A stretch of 64,000 nt of DNA. Source: the human T2T-CHM13v2.0 reference genome, Homo sapiens. The translations under genes were made by a program, and so were the position numbers. The notes below the pieces were generated by a model. It was not told the origin of the DNA, did no database searches, and worked only from the letters and a program-made list of their open reading frames with translations. Of this stretch, positions 33,385 to 49,721 are shown piece by piece. Where the stretch lies: assembly GCF_009914755.1 (NCBI RefSeq), contig NC_060932.1. The stretch is one strand, 5' to 3'. Each line of letters begins with the position of its first letter. Positions within the stretch are counted from its first letter, which is position 1.

Positions 33385-33620
33385 AGTGGTTAGGAGCAAA
33401 GGGGCAGGGGCCAGACTTCCTAGGCTTAAATGTCACCTTTGCCACTTACAAGCTGTATGACAATTGTCAAAGACTTAAACTTGCCTCTGTATCCTCATTT
33501 GGTAAGTTATTTAAAAAAATTATCTCTAGTACAGTAAAGAAGAAGAAGTATGATAATATACACAAAATGCGTAGAACTGCCTGCCACATGCTAAGTACTA
33601 ACAATACTAGCTGTTATTAA
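33385..33620 (+). mobile_element. MIR SINE
   Basis: TAGTGGTTAGGAGC...GCCAGACTTCCTAGG...GCCACTTAC...TGCCTGCCACATGCTAAGTACT. Confidence 0.65.
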
Positions 33621-35403
33621 TTTTCACTGTGTCTAAAATTCATTATTTCAGCAAATATCTATTGAAACCCTATTGAAAACTAATTGTGATGTGTGATTTT
33701 AAAGGACAATGATAATTATATTACTTATTGTCTAGACAGCAAAAAAAAATACAAAGATACAAATCAAAGTACAAATTATATTAAAAGCTATGAGGAAGTG
33801 TCAGGTTATCAGAGGGGATGTTATCAAATTTGGAAAATCAGGCAAGCTGAGATTCTTAGAGTTTGTAGGTGCTCATTACAATTTTATTTTATTTTTTCTG
33901 ATAGTAGTAATAACATATTTTCTGACTATGATAAAAGCCAAAGTGTTATCTATGTTCTTTACGTGAAAGTTCACTTAGATTCTCTTTCTCATATGGATTA
34001 TAGATTGTCCCTTATTCAGGAAAGCAGGACATTTTTTGGTCTGAAGAGATTTCCCTCTGGGTTTCATTTGTATCAAAAGTGAATTGTGAATCCCAAAGGC
34101 ATTCACATTGTAAGATGATACTACTAGTTGGGATACTGAGGTTCCATTTTTATTCCTTTAATAGCTTCCTAATTATAGATTCCTTTTCCTTTAATTTCAG
34201 CCTCTATATTAATGATAAAACTAATCTGCAATCTCTCTCAAATAACTTTTATGCTAAAAGCAATTAGGTAGATATTTTCTTGGCTCCTTAGAGAGGAAAT
34301 AGATTTAGATATGCAGAAAGAGCTTTGTCATTAAGGACCCAGGTAACTACGATCCTCTAACAGTTAATGACACAAGGAACTGGGCTCAAGTAGAGACATA
34401 TAGTTTAAAGTGAAAACATTTTGACCTGAAATTCCAAGGTGCACCTGGTAATTGGTGACCTTAACAAGTGGTTATGACAGCAAAGTCCTACAGTTTGTGG
34501 AAGATAGAAAGCAAATTCACTAAAGGGAAAGGTAAGAGGAGGAAGCAAAGAGAAAGAATGCAACAGAGAAGAAGAAAAAAGAATAAAAGTTTTCCCTAAT
34601 TAAATGCTTACTATCATCCCTTTCTCACTGCTATTTTATAATATTAATTTTATATATTACTAATTAAAAACTATATAATTATATACATAATTAATTTTTT
34701 TCTGGTTCTTCAAAATATTTGACTAAATAATTTAGAGGTCTCAAATAAAAATGGTAATTTTAAGACCACTGTGATCAAGTTCTGGAAATTTTTAAAGATC
34801 TAGGAACTTTTTAAAGCTTTAATATTTTTTGATTATTTTTATATTTTATACAACATTTTTACTAATTCCAAAGAATTATAAATGACTATTATGTATTTTT
34901 ATTTGGAAACATTTTGGTTATTTGGGAAAAAGTAGGTGTTAGTCCAGCTATACATTGTATGTTTACTGATGGAGAAAAAAAAAATCCCTCTTGTTATTAG
35001 ACACTGTTATTTTACTGATACCCAAATTCTATATATTTAGATATGGTTTGGGATGAGCTGTGTAACTTATTTGGACATGTGAACATCTTTCACTATATGT
35101 TTTGCATATGAAAAAAATTATCTCACTTTGCCTTTTATTTAATGATTCTTTGAAATATATTCTTTGTATAAACCTTATAAAGTTGTCAAAATTAATTTTC
35201 AATTAGAACATCCATAAAAGTGCCAAGTTATTATAACTACTGCCTTATGATTCACTCAAAGTAAAGGATAAATCCATAACATTTTCTATTAATTGAATAG
35301 ATAATCTTCATTTTACAAATGATTTCCATATAGAATTAGTGTTACGATAGGCAGTTCTTAGTGAAATCAATATCAGCTTATTTCCTATTTTGAGTCATGA
35401 ACC

Positions 35404-35743
35404 AAATCATTGTCGTCATCATTAAATCTGTAGCATAGATTTTGCTGGATGATATAATTTATTACTTTGAACCTTATTTGTCTTTGTATGGCATATAAGA
35501 CAGGGTTTTTCTATTTACTGAAAATCTCATTAGAGTATGCTAGGTTTTTTTCTAAGTAACCTCAGAACTTTTTGTTGAAATCAAGGAATCAAAATATGGG
35601 GTAATTAAAGTGCATATTTAAGCTAAACTTCTATTGTGTTCAGCAGAAAAATGGTCTGAAAAAATTCCTTCCATTTTGTCCCTGATGAGATTTATGATTT
35701 TTTTAATCCCATGTTGATGACATTTTAAACATTTATAAATTTT
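35404..35743 (-). repeat. Right arm of ~341-bp inverted duplication
   Basis: Reverse complement matches 29692-30033 at about 97% identity. Confidence 0.95.
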
Positions 35744-36649
35744 CATGAAAACCATTTTCATATCTGTTAATATAAATTACTCTATCAATAATTATTTTTT
35801 GTAGCAAAGAAAATTAACAATACTTTGCCATTTTTGTTCACTTTGGCCTCCTCCTGATGTCATTCTTCATTTTATCCACATTTCATTAATGTGCATTTTA
35901 TAAACTATGCTAAAAATAGCCTCTTTTGACCACATGTGACTGTGACTCAGAAAGTTTACTTGCATCTGTGCTTCAAATGACTAAACATTTTTGGTTTCTA
36001 TAATGGCAGGTGAAGGGAATTAAAGAAGAGGTAAAGTAAATATTTTAACTGGTGTATAATATGGTTAGATCATCCTGTTTTTGTGCCTTCCACTATGATT
36101 TGATTACTTCTAAGATAAATGATTTCGAGCATATTTGACGTGCAAATATATTTAAGATTCAACTATCAACATTTGCTTAGTAATTAAAAATTTAGTTTTT
36201 CAAAAAATGCTGAGTGCCATTTTGTAGCTGCAGATGAAATTTCCTAATATCGGGAAATGAATTGTTTTTATTTGTTTGTGTGTCTGTTTGCATTTTCCCA
36301 TGGCTTGCTGGTGCTTATACTTTATTTTTCCTCAATTATAAAAATATTGTTCTAAAAGAGACCTTAGAGTTCTACACAGCAACCCACTTACACAGCTCAG
36401 GAAACATGGGCCAAGAGAGATGAATGTTCTGCTTCTTCAGTGGTTCTTACCCCTGAATGTTTGTGGTAATCATCGGAAGCACTTGAGACCCAAGGTCAGA
36501 CTTCTACCACTGGCAGCTCTAAAATCCAAGTTCGGGGTGGGTCCTGAATTGTAATTTTTAAAGTCATAGGTCACTGGAATGGTCTGTCAAGGCTGAAAAT
36601 ACCTACTCATGCATTTAGTCTTATAGAAAGGACATAAGGGTTATTGTGA

Positions 36650-37099
<450 letters not shown>

Positions 37100-37714
37100 G
37101 ACACTCTTGTAGTTCATCCAGAAATCTGGTCACCAGTTTCCTTGCCAGTATCTACCAGCCCATTCTGCAATTCTGACGGAATTATTAAACTCCTCTGTGC
37201 CCTAGGGGCACTATTGCCTTATGCACAGATAACATCTAGGAGACACTGGTTTTTTTTTCTGGTATATGTAACAAAAAAGTAACAAAAGCAAATTGCTGAA
37301 TTGCCGTTACAATAGTACTTAATTAATATGTATGTATAACTGTATATGTGTATATTTATGTACTTAGTGTTTCTGTATTTGTATTGTTTTTATAGGAAAT
37401 GCACTGATTCTCTAATATTAACACAAATCCTCTTCATTCAATAGGTGTTAAAAATCTCTAACACACTTGTCAGTGCTCTCAGATATGAGTATCTTTTCAT
37501 GGTCAAGTCGCAGATTCATGTCTGATTTCAGAACTTTGTAAGGCCAGTGAAAGTGAGTGACGAAGGATCATTTAAAGACAAGGTACAAATAGCTTGTAGA
37601 TATGTTTGTATCATATAAATTTACTGTTTATGTGGCATTTTGAGATCTCTTACCTAATTGACACCCTTTGGCAATGAAAGTGAATCCTTCATTTATCCAC
37701 TGGTTTTATTTATT

Positions 37715-38090
37715 CACTATTTTTCATTCATTCAACATTTATTGAGCATTCACTCTGTACCAGATGCAATTCTAAAAGCTGGGAATACAAAAGTAGACAA
37801 AAGTATACCTCATTCTGGTCCTCATCACACCTAATAGCTACTGGTCAAGACAGACATTAAATATCATCCAAATAATCATAAAATTTACTGTGGTGAGTGC
37901 AATAATCCAGGGATCTAAACTAGTCTGTGCAGGAGTGGAGGTGGATAAAGGCCCAGGGGCAGGTAAGGCTCTCCTGAGAAGGTGGCATTTAGGAAGTAGT
38001 AAGTAGGCAAAGAGGCTGAATAATAGTTCCCATATGAAGAGAGAAGAATAAATGAAAAGGTGTTGGCACTTTCAAGGAACTGAAAGAAAA
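37715..38090 (-). mobile_element. L2 3' fragment
   Basis: TTCATTCATTCAACATTTATTGAGCA...CTGGGAATACA...GGCTCTCCTGAGAAGGTGGCATTT L2 motifs. Confidence 0.65.
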
Positions 38091-39732
38091 AGAGGGAAAC
38101 TGGAAAGTGACATTTTTACAAGTATTTGAAACCTTTTTTTTTCATGTGTAAATGTGGGATTACTTTTACCTTTGCAGAAATAATATATTGGATTGTAAGA
38201 GTTGTTTTCCTGAAGGTCATCAAAAATTAGAATGGCCATTTTCCTAATTTGTCTTATTATGGCAGTCTCAGTATTAACAACAGGTCCAGCCCTCTTTCAG
38301 AAAACAAAATATTAATAGTGACCTTTTTACTCCTAAATGCATTCTAGTTTGGATAGTAAATCTTATGGTTAGCCTATCTAGAATAAAAGAATATACTTTA
38401 CCCAATTCTTAAAGTTGCAAAGGAAGGAATTCTGGTAAATGCATACATAGGAAAGTGTAGCCTTCTTACTTTTTGTTTTGTATAATGTCTTGGTATAGGG
38501 AAAATAAGCTACCAAATAACCAACCAACATTTTAACTTCTCTTATTTTCTTCCTTTTTTCCTTCCTTTTCTTGTTACTTTTCAAAGTGCAAGTAACCAAT
38601 ATTATGGAATGTCTACCTTATGCATGGTGCAGTGCCAGGCAATGGGTATGTAGTAGTTAAATAGGCAGGAATTAGAACAAAAAAAAAAAAAGAGGAAACA
38701 AGATGAATTTGAGGGGGTGCTTTGAGAGGGCATGAGAGCAGCTATAATATGTGCTCTGGTTAGGAGAAGAAAAACATAGTATTTTTAAGATACTGTTGGA
38801 GACTAGTGACCTTTTCTTAACGTTTAAAAATATAACAAGAGAGTCAGTTTTTTCTGATTCTTCATGTCCTAAGACACAAGAATCTCTTGGGCAAGGTAGG
38901 ATCCTCCTTGGAGGACAGAAATTAGAAAGTCTGAATCAGAATCCTCAGTATTTGGCAGAGGGAAAGAAGATACTGGGGAAAAGAGCATGGCTTATTTTCT
39001 TTTCATGGTGACACTACTTTTCTATTGGGTTGCAACTAAATTTGGGAGGTTGACACAGTATCATAAAAGCAAAGAAAGATATCCAGCCCTATAGTCTTTT
39101 TTTTTTTCTTTTATGATGTACCTTCCTAGGTCAACTGAGTTTTGCATATTCCTCATTGCTGGGACTGTAGTCACCTCTCTTTTTATTCTCACTACAATGG
39201 GAAATAACTGTCTTCAGATATCAAGAGTGTGGATTCCTTTTAGGCTAGATTTCCCACACTTAAATATCCTAGTGTTATATCAGGGACGAGGAGACAAGAC
39301 AAAGAGACATGCCATTTTCATATTTATATTTTTCCCCTCTCCAATTCTTTATTTTCCCTCCAATTCCAGAAAACTCCTAGCACTTCTCAAATGGGAACAT
39401 ATTAAAATCCTAGCAAGTATTTTAAAAATTCTATTGATAGTCTCAAGGCTTCAGCTTTCGGAAATTAAAATAATTTTGCTTCTCTATTTGGTTCTTCTTT
39501 CTTTTTCAGTAAAAGCACCTACTTGAAGACATAGAGATCTTTTCCCCTACTAAGTTGCCCAACAGGAGATGATCAGTTTAAAGAAAATGTGGAAATACAA
39601 ATTCAATCTGTAATGCATCACCTGGTTTTTTCCAACACACAAGTAATTGACCTCTTTATATTCTGATTTAAGTTCCTAAGTATTTGTGTTTGACAAGATC
39701 TGTAGTGTCTGACATAGGGCATCCTCAAACAG

Positions 39733-39967
39733 CACGGTGCCAAAAAATATGGGGTCAGAATGGTTGGGTTTTAATTGTGACTCTGATAGTTACTGATTAC
39801 GGAACCTTGGGCACAGTATTTAACTAGTCTATATATCTGCTTCCTCATCTGTAAATTGGAAGTTATTATAAAGCCTTCCATATAGACTTCTTATGGAAAT
39901 AAAATGAAATAATTCATACGAATACCCTGGCACATATTAGGTACTCAGTGAATGTTAGCTAGTATTA
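39733..39967 (+). mobile_element. MIR SINE
   Basis: ACCTTGGGCA...TTCCTCATCTGTAAATTGG...CCTGGCACATATTAGGTACTCAGTGAATGTTAGCT. Confidence 0.7.
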
Positions 39968-41328
39968 CAAATGTCTATGACAATTTAATTAGCATGATGT
40001 CTAGAACCGCCATTATTTGATTAGAATTAGTTTAGCAGGAGGATGAAAAAACTGAGAAGGACCCTAAAATGAGTAGCCATGCTGTTTTATTTACTCCTTT
40101 CTTTATTTAAGACATGAACAACACTCTAGGTACAGTTTTATATTTTAATGGCTATGTTGTCTTCTCTTCGTCCTTACATGAAATACCCTCACCCTCTCCC
40201 CCAGAAAAAAAGAAAAGAATCATTCCATTGTTAGAATGCAGTTTAGAGATTATGAACTCCAAACTCTGTACGTCATTAAAATTTATATTCACTGGGACCT
40301 TGAACTTAGTCTTCAACTTTTACATGCAATACCATTAGTTTATTTAAGTTCAGTTGATTCACTGTTTGTCTCCCTCCACAAACCAACCTCTTGCATCAGA
40401 TGTTCTCCTTAACTTGCTTAGAGGCCTGCCATTTCTTTGGATTTTTTTTTCCATTTTATCACCTGAAACCTCATTTCCATCTTAAGTAGGCCTCCCATGC
40501 ATTGTCTAAGTATCTCCCTAATAATTCCCAACATTTTCTTGTCCCAACTGCAGCCTAGTTCTCTCTTTAATAGAATTGTTTTACATCCCTCTCTTGTTGC
40601 AGATATGATTTCTCTCCAACTCCGTATGTAAAAAAGATAAGGTGAAAAGAGGATATTGTGAGCAACTCAGTTTCCCTTGCCACTTCCCAGATTGGTAGTC
40701 CAACCCCTTCTCTGTGTCTATTCCCTCCAGCCATGCTACTATTAATTTATTCTTGTGGTCTCCTTGTATATTCACAGAGGACTTTGCGTTGTGGCTCATA
40801 GTCTTCTTGTTCACCATAATTTATGACATCATGAGGGCTCCTTAAGTTTTCTTGAGCCTTTTGGTATTAACGTCTGTCAATCCCATTCTGCTTTAGCAAA
40901 CTCACTGTCTGCCATCACTTCTGGGTTTTCTTCCTTTGTTTCCTTTGTTCTGCCTGGAACTCACTGCCTTTCCAACATTTTCATTGTCTTTATCCCATTC
41001 TGCATCTGTACCATTATCCCTAAAACTTGTCTTCATCTAATAATTTACTTGGCTAGTACTATCCTGAGAAGTCTATTAGAACTGCTACTACAAATTTATG
41101 GTCTTAACTTTTTTTTTTTTATTATTATACATTAAGTTTTAGGGTACATGTGCACATTGTGCAGGTTAGTTACATATGTATACATGTGCCATGCTGGTGC
41201 ACTACACCCACTAACTCGTCATCTAGCATTAGGTATATCTCCCAATGCTGTCCCTCCCCCCTCCCCCCACCCCACAACAGTCCCCAGAGTGTGATATTCC
41301 CCTTCCTGTGTCCATGTGATCTCATTGT

Positions 41329-45182
<3,854 letters not shown>

Positions 45183-45218
45183 TTAGTTGATGCAGTTTCT
45201 TCCTAGTCTCGATGGTCT

Positions 45219-46235
45219 TTACATTTTGGCATGGTTTTGCAGTGGCTGGTACCGGTTGTTCCTTTCCATGTTTAGTGCTTCCTTCAGGAGCTCTTTTAGG
45301 GCAGGCCTGGTGGTGACAAAATCGGTCAGCATTTGCTTGTCTGTAAAGTATTTTATTTCTCCTTCACTTATGAAGCTTAGTTTGGCTGGATATGAAATTC
45401 TGGGTTGAAAATTCTTTTCTTTAAGAATGTTGAATATTGGCCCCCACTCTCTTCTGGCTTGTAGGGTTTCTGCCGAGAGATCTGCTGTTAGTCTGATGGG
45501 CTTCCCTTTGAGGGTAACCTGACCTTTCTCTCTGGCTGCCCTTAACATTTTTTCCTTCATTTCAACTTTGGTGAATCTGACAATTATGTGTCTTGGAGTT
45601 GCTCTTCTTGAGGAGTATCTTTGTGGCGTTCTCTCTATTTCCTGAATCTGAACATTGGCCTGCCTTGCTAGATTGGGGAAGTTCTCCTGGATAATATCAT
45701 GCAGAGTGTTTTCCAACTTGGTTCCATTCTCCCCATCACTTTCAGGTACACCAATCAGACGTAGATTTGGTCTTTTCACATAGTCCCATATTTCTTGGAG
45801 GCTTTGCTCATTTGTTTTTATTCTTTTTTCTCTAAACTTCCCTTCTCGCTTCATTTCATTCATTTCATCTTCCATTGCTGATACCCTTTCTTCCAGTTGA
45901 TCGCATCGGCTCCTGAGGCTTCTGCATTCTTCACGTAGTTCTCGAGCCTTGGTTTTCAGCTCCATCAGCTCCTTTAAGCACTTCTCTGTATTGGTTATTC
46001 TAGTTATACATTCTTCTAAATTTTTTTCAAAGTTTTCAACTTCTTTGCCTTCAGTTTGAATGTCCTTCCGTAGCTCAGAGTAATTCGATCGTCTGAAGCC
46101 TTCTTCTCTCAGCTCGTCAAAGTCATTCTCCATCCAGCTTTGTTCTGTTGCTGGTGAGGAACTGCGTTCCTTTGGAGGAGGAGAGACGCTCTGTGTTTTA
46201 GAGTTTCCAGTTTTTCTGTTCTGTTTTTTCCCCAT
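45219..46235 (-). CDS. L1 ORF1p RNA-binding chaperone, intact 338 aa
   Basis: MGKKQNRKTGNSKTQS...NHAKM at full length, with RR-containing ARREWG and YPAKLS motifs present. Confidence 0.95.
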   Translation of the reverse strand: MGKKQNRKTGNSKTQSVSPPPKERSSSPATEQSWMENDFDELREEGFRRSNYSELRKDIQTEGKEVENFEKNLEECITRITNTEKCLKELMELKTKARELREECRSLRSRCDQLEERVSAMEDEMNEMKREGKFREKRIKTNEQSLQEIWDYVKRPNLRLIGVPESDGENGTKLENTLHDIIQENFPNLARQANVQIQEIERTPQRYSSRRATPRHIIVRFTKVEMKEKMLRAAREKGQVTLKGKPIRLTADLSAETLQARREWGPIFNILKEKNFQPRISYPAKLSFISEGEIKYFTDKQMLTDFVTTRPALKELLKEALNMERNNRYQPLQNHAKM

Positions 46236-47138
46236 CTTTGTGGTTTTATCTACTTTTGGTCTTTGATGATGGTGATGTACAGGTGGGTTTTTGGTGTGGA
46301 TGTCCTTTCTGTTTGTTAGTTTTCCTTGTAACAGACAGGACCCTCAGCTGCAGGTCTGTTGGAATACCCTGCTGTGTGAGGTGTCAGTGTGCCCCTGCTG
46401 GGGGGTGCCTCCCAGTTAGGCTGCTCGGGGGTCAGGGGTCAGGGACCCACTTGAGGAGGCAGTCTGCAGGTTCTCAGATCTCCAGCTGTGTGCTGGGAGA
46501 ACCACTGCTCTCTTCAAAGCTGTCAGACAGGGACATTTAAGTCTGCAGAGGTTACTGCTGTCTTTTTGTTTGTCTGTGCCCTGCCCCCAGAGGTGGAGCC
46601 TACAGAGGCAGGCAGACCTCCTTGAGCTGTGGTGGGCTCCACCCAGTTCGAGCTTCCTAGCTGCTTTGTTTACCTAAGCAAGCCTGGGCAATGGCGGACG
46701 CCCCTCCCCCAGCCTCGCTGCTACCTTGCAGTTTGATCTCAGACTGCTGTGCTAGCAATCAGCGAGATTCCGTGGGCATAGGACCCTCCGAGCCAGGTGT
46801 GGGATATAGTCTCGTGGTGCGCCGTTTTTTAAGCCGGTCTGAAAAGCGCAATATTCGGGTGGGAGTGACCCGATTTTCCAGGTGCGTCCGTCACCCCTTT
46901 CTTTGACTCGGAAAGGGAACTCCCTGACCCCTTGCGCTTCCCAGGTGAGGCAATGCCTCGCCCTGCTTCGGCTCGCGCACGGTGCGCTCACCCACTGGCC
47001 TGCGCCCACTGTCTGGCACTCCCTAGTGAGATGCACCCAGTACCTCAGATGGAAATGCAGAAATCACCCGTCTTCTGCGTCGCTCACGCTGGGAGCTGTA
47101 GACTGGAGCTGTTCCTATTCGGCCATCTTGGCTCCTCC
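46236..47138 (-). promoter_or_regulatory. L1 5'UTR internal sense promoter and antisense promoter, CpG-rich
   Basis: YY1 site CAAGATGGCCG (plus strand CGGCCATCTTG, 47120-47130). It is the main extended CpG-rich block of the window. Activity is inferred from family knowledge. Confidence 0.8.
46691..46906 (+). CDS. L1 ORF0, primate-specific antisense ORF, intact 71 aa
   Basis: MADAPPPASLLPCSLISDCCASNQRDSVG...RFSRCVRHPFL matches the known 71-aa ORF0 in sequence, length and position in the 5'UTR. Confidence 0.88.
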   Translation: MADAPPPASLLPCSLISDCCASNQRDSVGIGPSEPGVGYSLVVRRFLSRSEKRNIRVGVTRFSRCVRHPFL

Positions 47139-47346
47139 TGGTCTTAACTTTTATGAACTCTTATACAGCCACTTGTCCAATTTTCCAAAACAGCAATTCT
47201 AAACTTTTCTCTCCAGCTAATTATTAAACTTAATATCCTATCCTGATGCTATTGGAAGATTGTCACTCCAGAGACCCTCCAGAAACATGATCAATCCAAC
47301 AATAGCATGCAATTGCAGCATCAATTTTTAGAAAGCCAGTTTTTCT

Positions 47347-47350
<4 letters not shown>

Positions 47351-47389
<39 letters not shown>
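47351..47389. repeat. (TG)n microsatellite
   Basis: Read directly. Confidence 0.95.
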
Positions 47390-47391
<2 letters not shown>

Positions 47392-47634
47392 GTTGCTTGA
47401 AAGGTAGTCAGCTATTGATAGAACTTGAGGTGAGAATTTAACTGGGGTTTGGTTGCTACCAGTACAGCATTTTTGCAGCATCCCTTGGGTTCATTGGAAC
47501 TAGGAAATAAAGAGTATATATATTATCTAAAATAGAGAAGAATTGAGGATAACCGTTTATCCATTTATATAATGTGTAGCTAAAATCTCTCTCATATCTC
47601 CTTGAACTGAGAACCAAAATGTTTTTACTAATTT

Positions 47635-47998
47635 ATTTATTTAATGAAATGTATTATTTAAATAAATTGTAATGTGTGTATTTAAGGTATACAACATGAT
47701 ATTATGGGATACATATAGATAGTATAAAGGTTACTGCAGTGAAGCAAGTTAATATATCCATCATCTCACATAGTTACCCATTAGTTTTAGTTTGTTTTTG
47801 TGGCAAGAGCAGCTAAAATCTACTTATTTAGCATAAATCTCATATACTGCACAATTTTACTATCTACAGCCTTCATTTGTACATTAGATCTCTACACTCT
47901 TGCATCCTACATATTTGCTACTTTGTATCCACTGATCTACATCTCCCCATTCCTCCTGCCTCCTGCCCCTTGTAACTACTCTTTTGCGTTCTCTCTCT

Positions 47999-48050
<52 letters not shown>

Positions 48051-48659
48051 TTAGATTTCACATATAAGTGAGATCATGCAATACTTTCCTTTCTATGTCT
48101 GACTTAGTTCAATAAGCATAATGTACTCCAGGCCTATCCATGTTGTAGCAAATGACAAGATCTTGTCCTTTTTTAGTGGCAACTCAATTGTGGAAAAACA
48201 AATAAACTGATTTAAAAATGGGCAAAAGACCTGACTAGACATTTTTTCAAAAGAAGACATTGAAAATGGCCAACAGATTAATGAGCACCATTAATCATCA
48301 GAGAAATGCAAATCAAAACCACTGTGAGATACCACCTCATACCTGTCAGGATGGCTATTATCTATAAGTCAAAAGATAAGGAATGTTGAAAAGGATGTGG
48401 GAAAAGGGAACTCTTGCATGCTGTTGGTGGCAATGAAGATTGGTACAGCCGTTATGGAGAACAGTATGGAGGTTTCTAAATAAATTAAAAATGGAACTAC
48501 CATATGATCTTATGGGCACATACCCAAAGGAAATGAAATCACCACCTCATAAAGATACCTGCACTCCCATGTCATGTTCATTGTAGTGTTATTTAAAAAA
48601 GCTAGGATATGGAAACAACTCATGGATGAACAGATAAATAAATTGGTACATATATATAA
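47635..48659 (-). mobile_element. Old L1MA-type element with 5' inversion
   Basis: Antisense 3'UTR at ~47635-48180 and sense ORF2-end segment at ~48181-48659. TSD TTTTACTAATTT at 47623-47634 and 48660-48671. Confidence 0.8.
47991..48047. repeat. (CT)n(TG)n microsatellite inside L1MA
   Basis: Read directly. Confidence 0.95.
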
Positions 48660-48779
48660 TTTTACTAATTTCAAAGGCTTATTTTCTAAGACAAAATTTA
48701 AAGGGGCAGTTTCACCCCAGATATGCCCAATGGAAACTAGCAAGTGTGTGCATGAGAGATGACTGGTGCCTTGCCACAA

Positions 48780-49540
48780 TGGCATGTACCATCATCGTTT
48801 GCCTCAGCTATGGCAATAGCTTCCCTACTAGACTTCCAGCTTCTCCCCTCAGGCCCTCCAGTCCATTCTCCACACTGCTTCCATATCCTCCTTTTTAGAT
48901 AACAAAACTGATAATAGCAGGCCTTTCTCATTAGTGATTGGGAATTTGGTAAAATGAAGGTTTCTGGACTACATCCTACGGAGTTAGATTGTAAGCTTGT
49001 TCTATTAATCTGTGTTTTAATTAAGCATTCTGTGGTTTTCAATTGCTATTGCTCCACAAGTTATATTTTGAGAAAACACTGACCCACAGTATGATATCAA
49101 ACATATGTATGCATTTAAAAAAAAACCTTTCAAGATCTGTTCTTTAGTATCATTTTTTACTACTGGCCCTTAGGCATCCTGTGCCTTAGCCATATGTATT
49201 ACTCATCTTCCCATGTCCTGTCTCTCCTCTGTGCCTTTAATTATGCTCTACTGTTTCTTTTGCTCAGAATATCTCCTGTTCTACTGCTATCTGAGACGCG
49301 TTCTTCAAGTAACCTAGCCAGGTTAGACACTTGTCCTCTACCGCTCTAGCTTTGTCTTCATAATCCTTGCAAACTAGTTTTCACATTGTCTTGTAATTAT
49401 CTCTCTCTCCCCTCCTCACCTGTGTTGACTGTGGTCTTCTTAAGCAAATATATACAGGTCACTGCTTTCATCTTCTGTATCTGCCACACTGCCTGGATAG
49501 AGGAGGCATTCAATTCATTATTGCTAAGGCAATGAATCTA
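48780..49540 (+). mobile_element. L2 3' region with a probable MER5-type insert (~48915-49085)
   Basis: GCAATAGCTTCC...CAGTCCATTCTCCACACTGC and terminal TGCCTGGATAGAGGAGGCATTCAAT...ATGAAT resemble L2. TTTGAGAAAACACTG resembles a MER5 end. Confidence 0.5.
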
Positions 49541-49647
49541 TCTTCAAATCTGTATGTCTCAGATTCCTTACCTGTAAAATAAAGATTGCCAGAGAGACTT
49601 TTTCACCAAACAAGGTCTTATTGATCCGGCTCGCTTGCGCTTGCTCG

Positions 49648-49650
<3 letters not shown>

Positions 49651-49718
<68 letters not shown>
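49651..49718. repeat. (TC)n(AC)n microsatellite
   Basis: Read directly. Confidence 0.95.

Positions 49719-49721
<3 letters not shown>

Noticed and set aside
29692-35743. Intact DNA transposon with long terminal inverted repeats
   Set aside because: No transposase remnant or flanking TSD is visible, the interior holds ancient MIR/MLT/MER53, and 97% arm identity is too recent for primate DNA transposon activity.
39113-39526. 137-aa plus-strand ORF
   Set aside because: T-rich sequence giving an I/L/F-rich translation with no domain or convincing splice context.
41040-41125. Full-length L1 as the direct parent of the 9352-12270 copy
   Set aside because: Its 3' flank does not contain the transduced TGTAGCTATCTTACAATC, and the two copies differ at several diagnostic positions.
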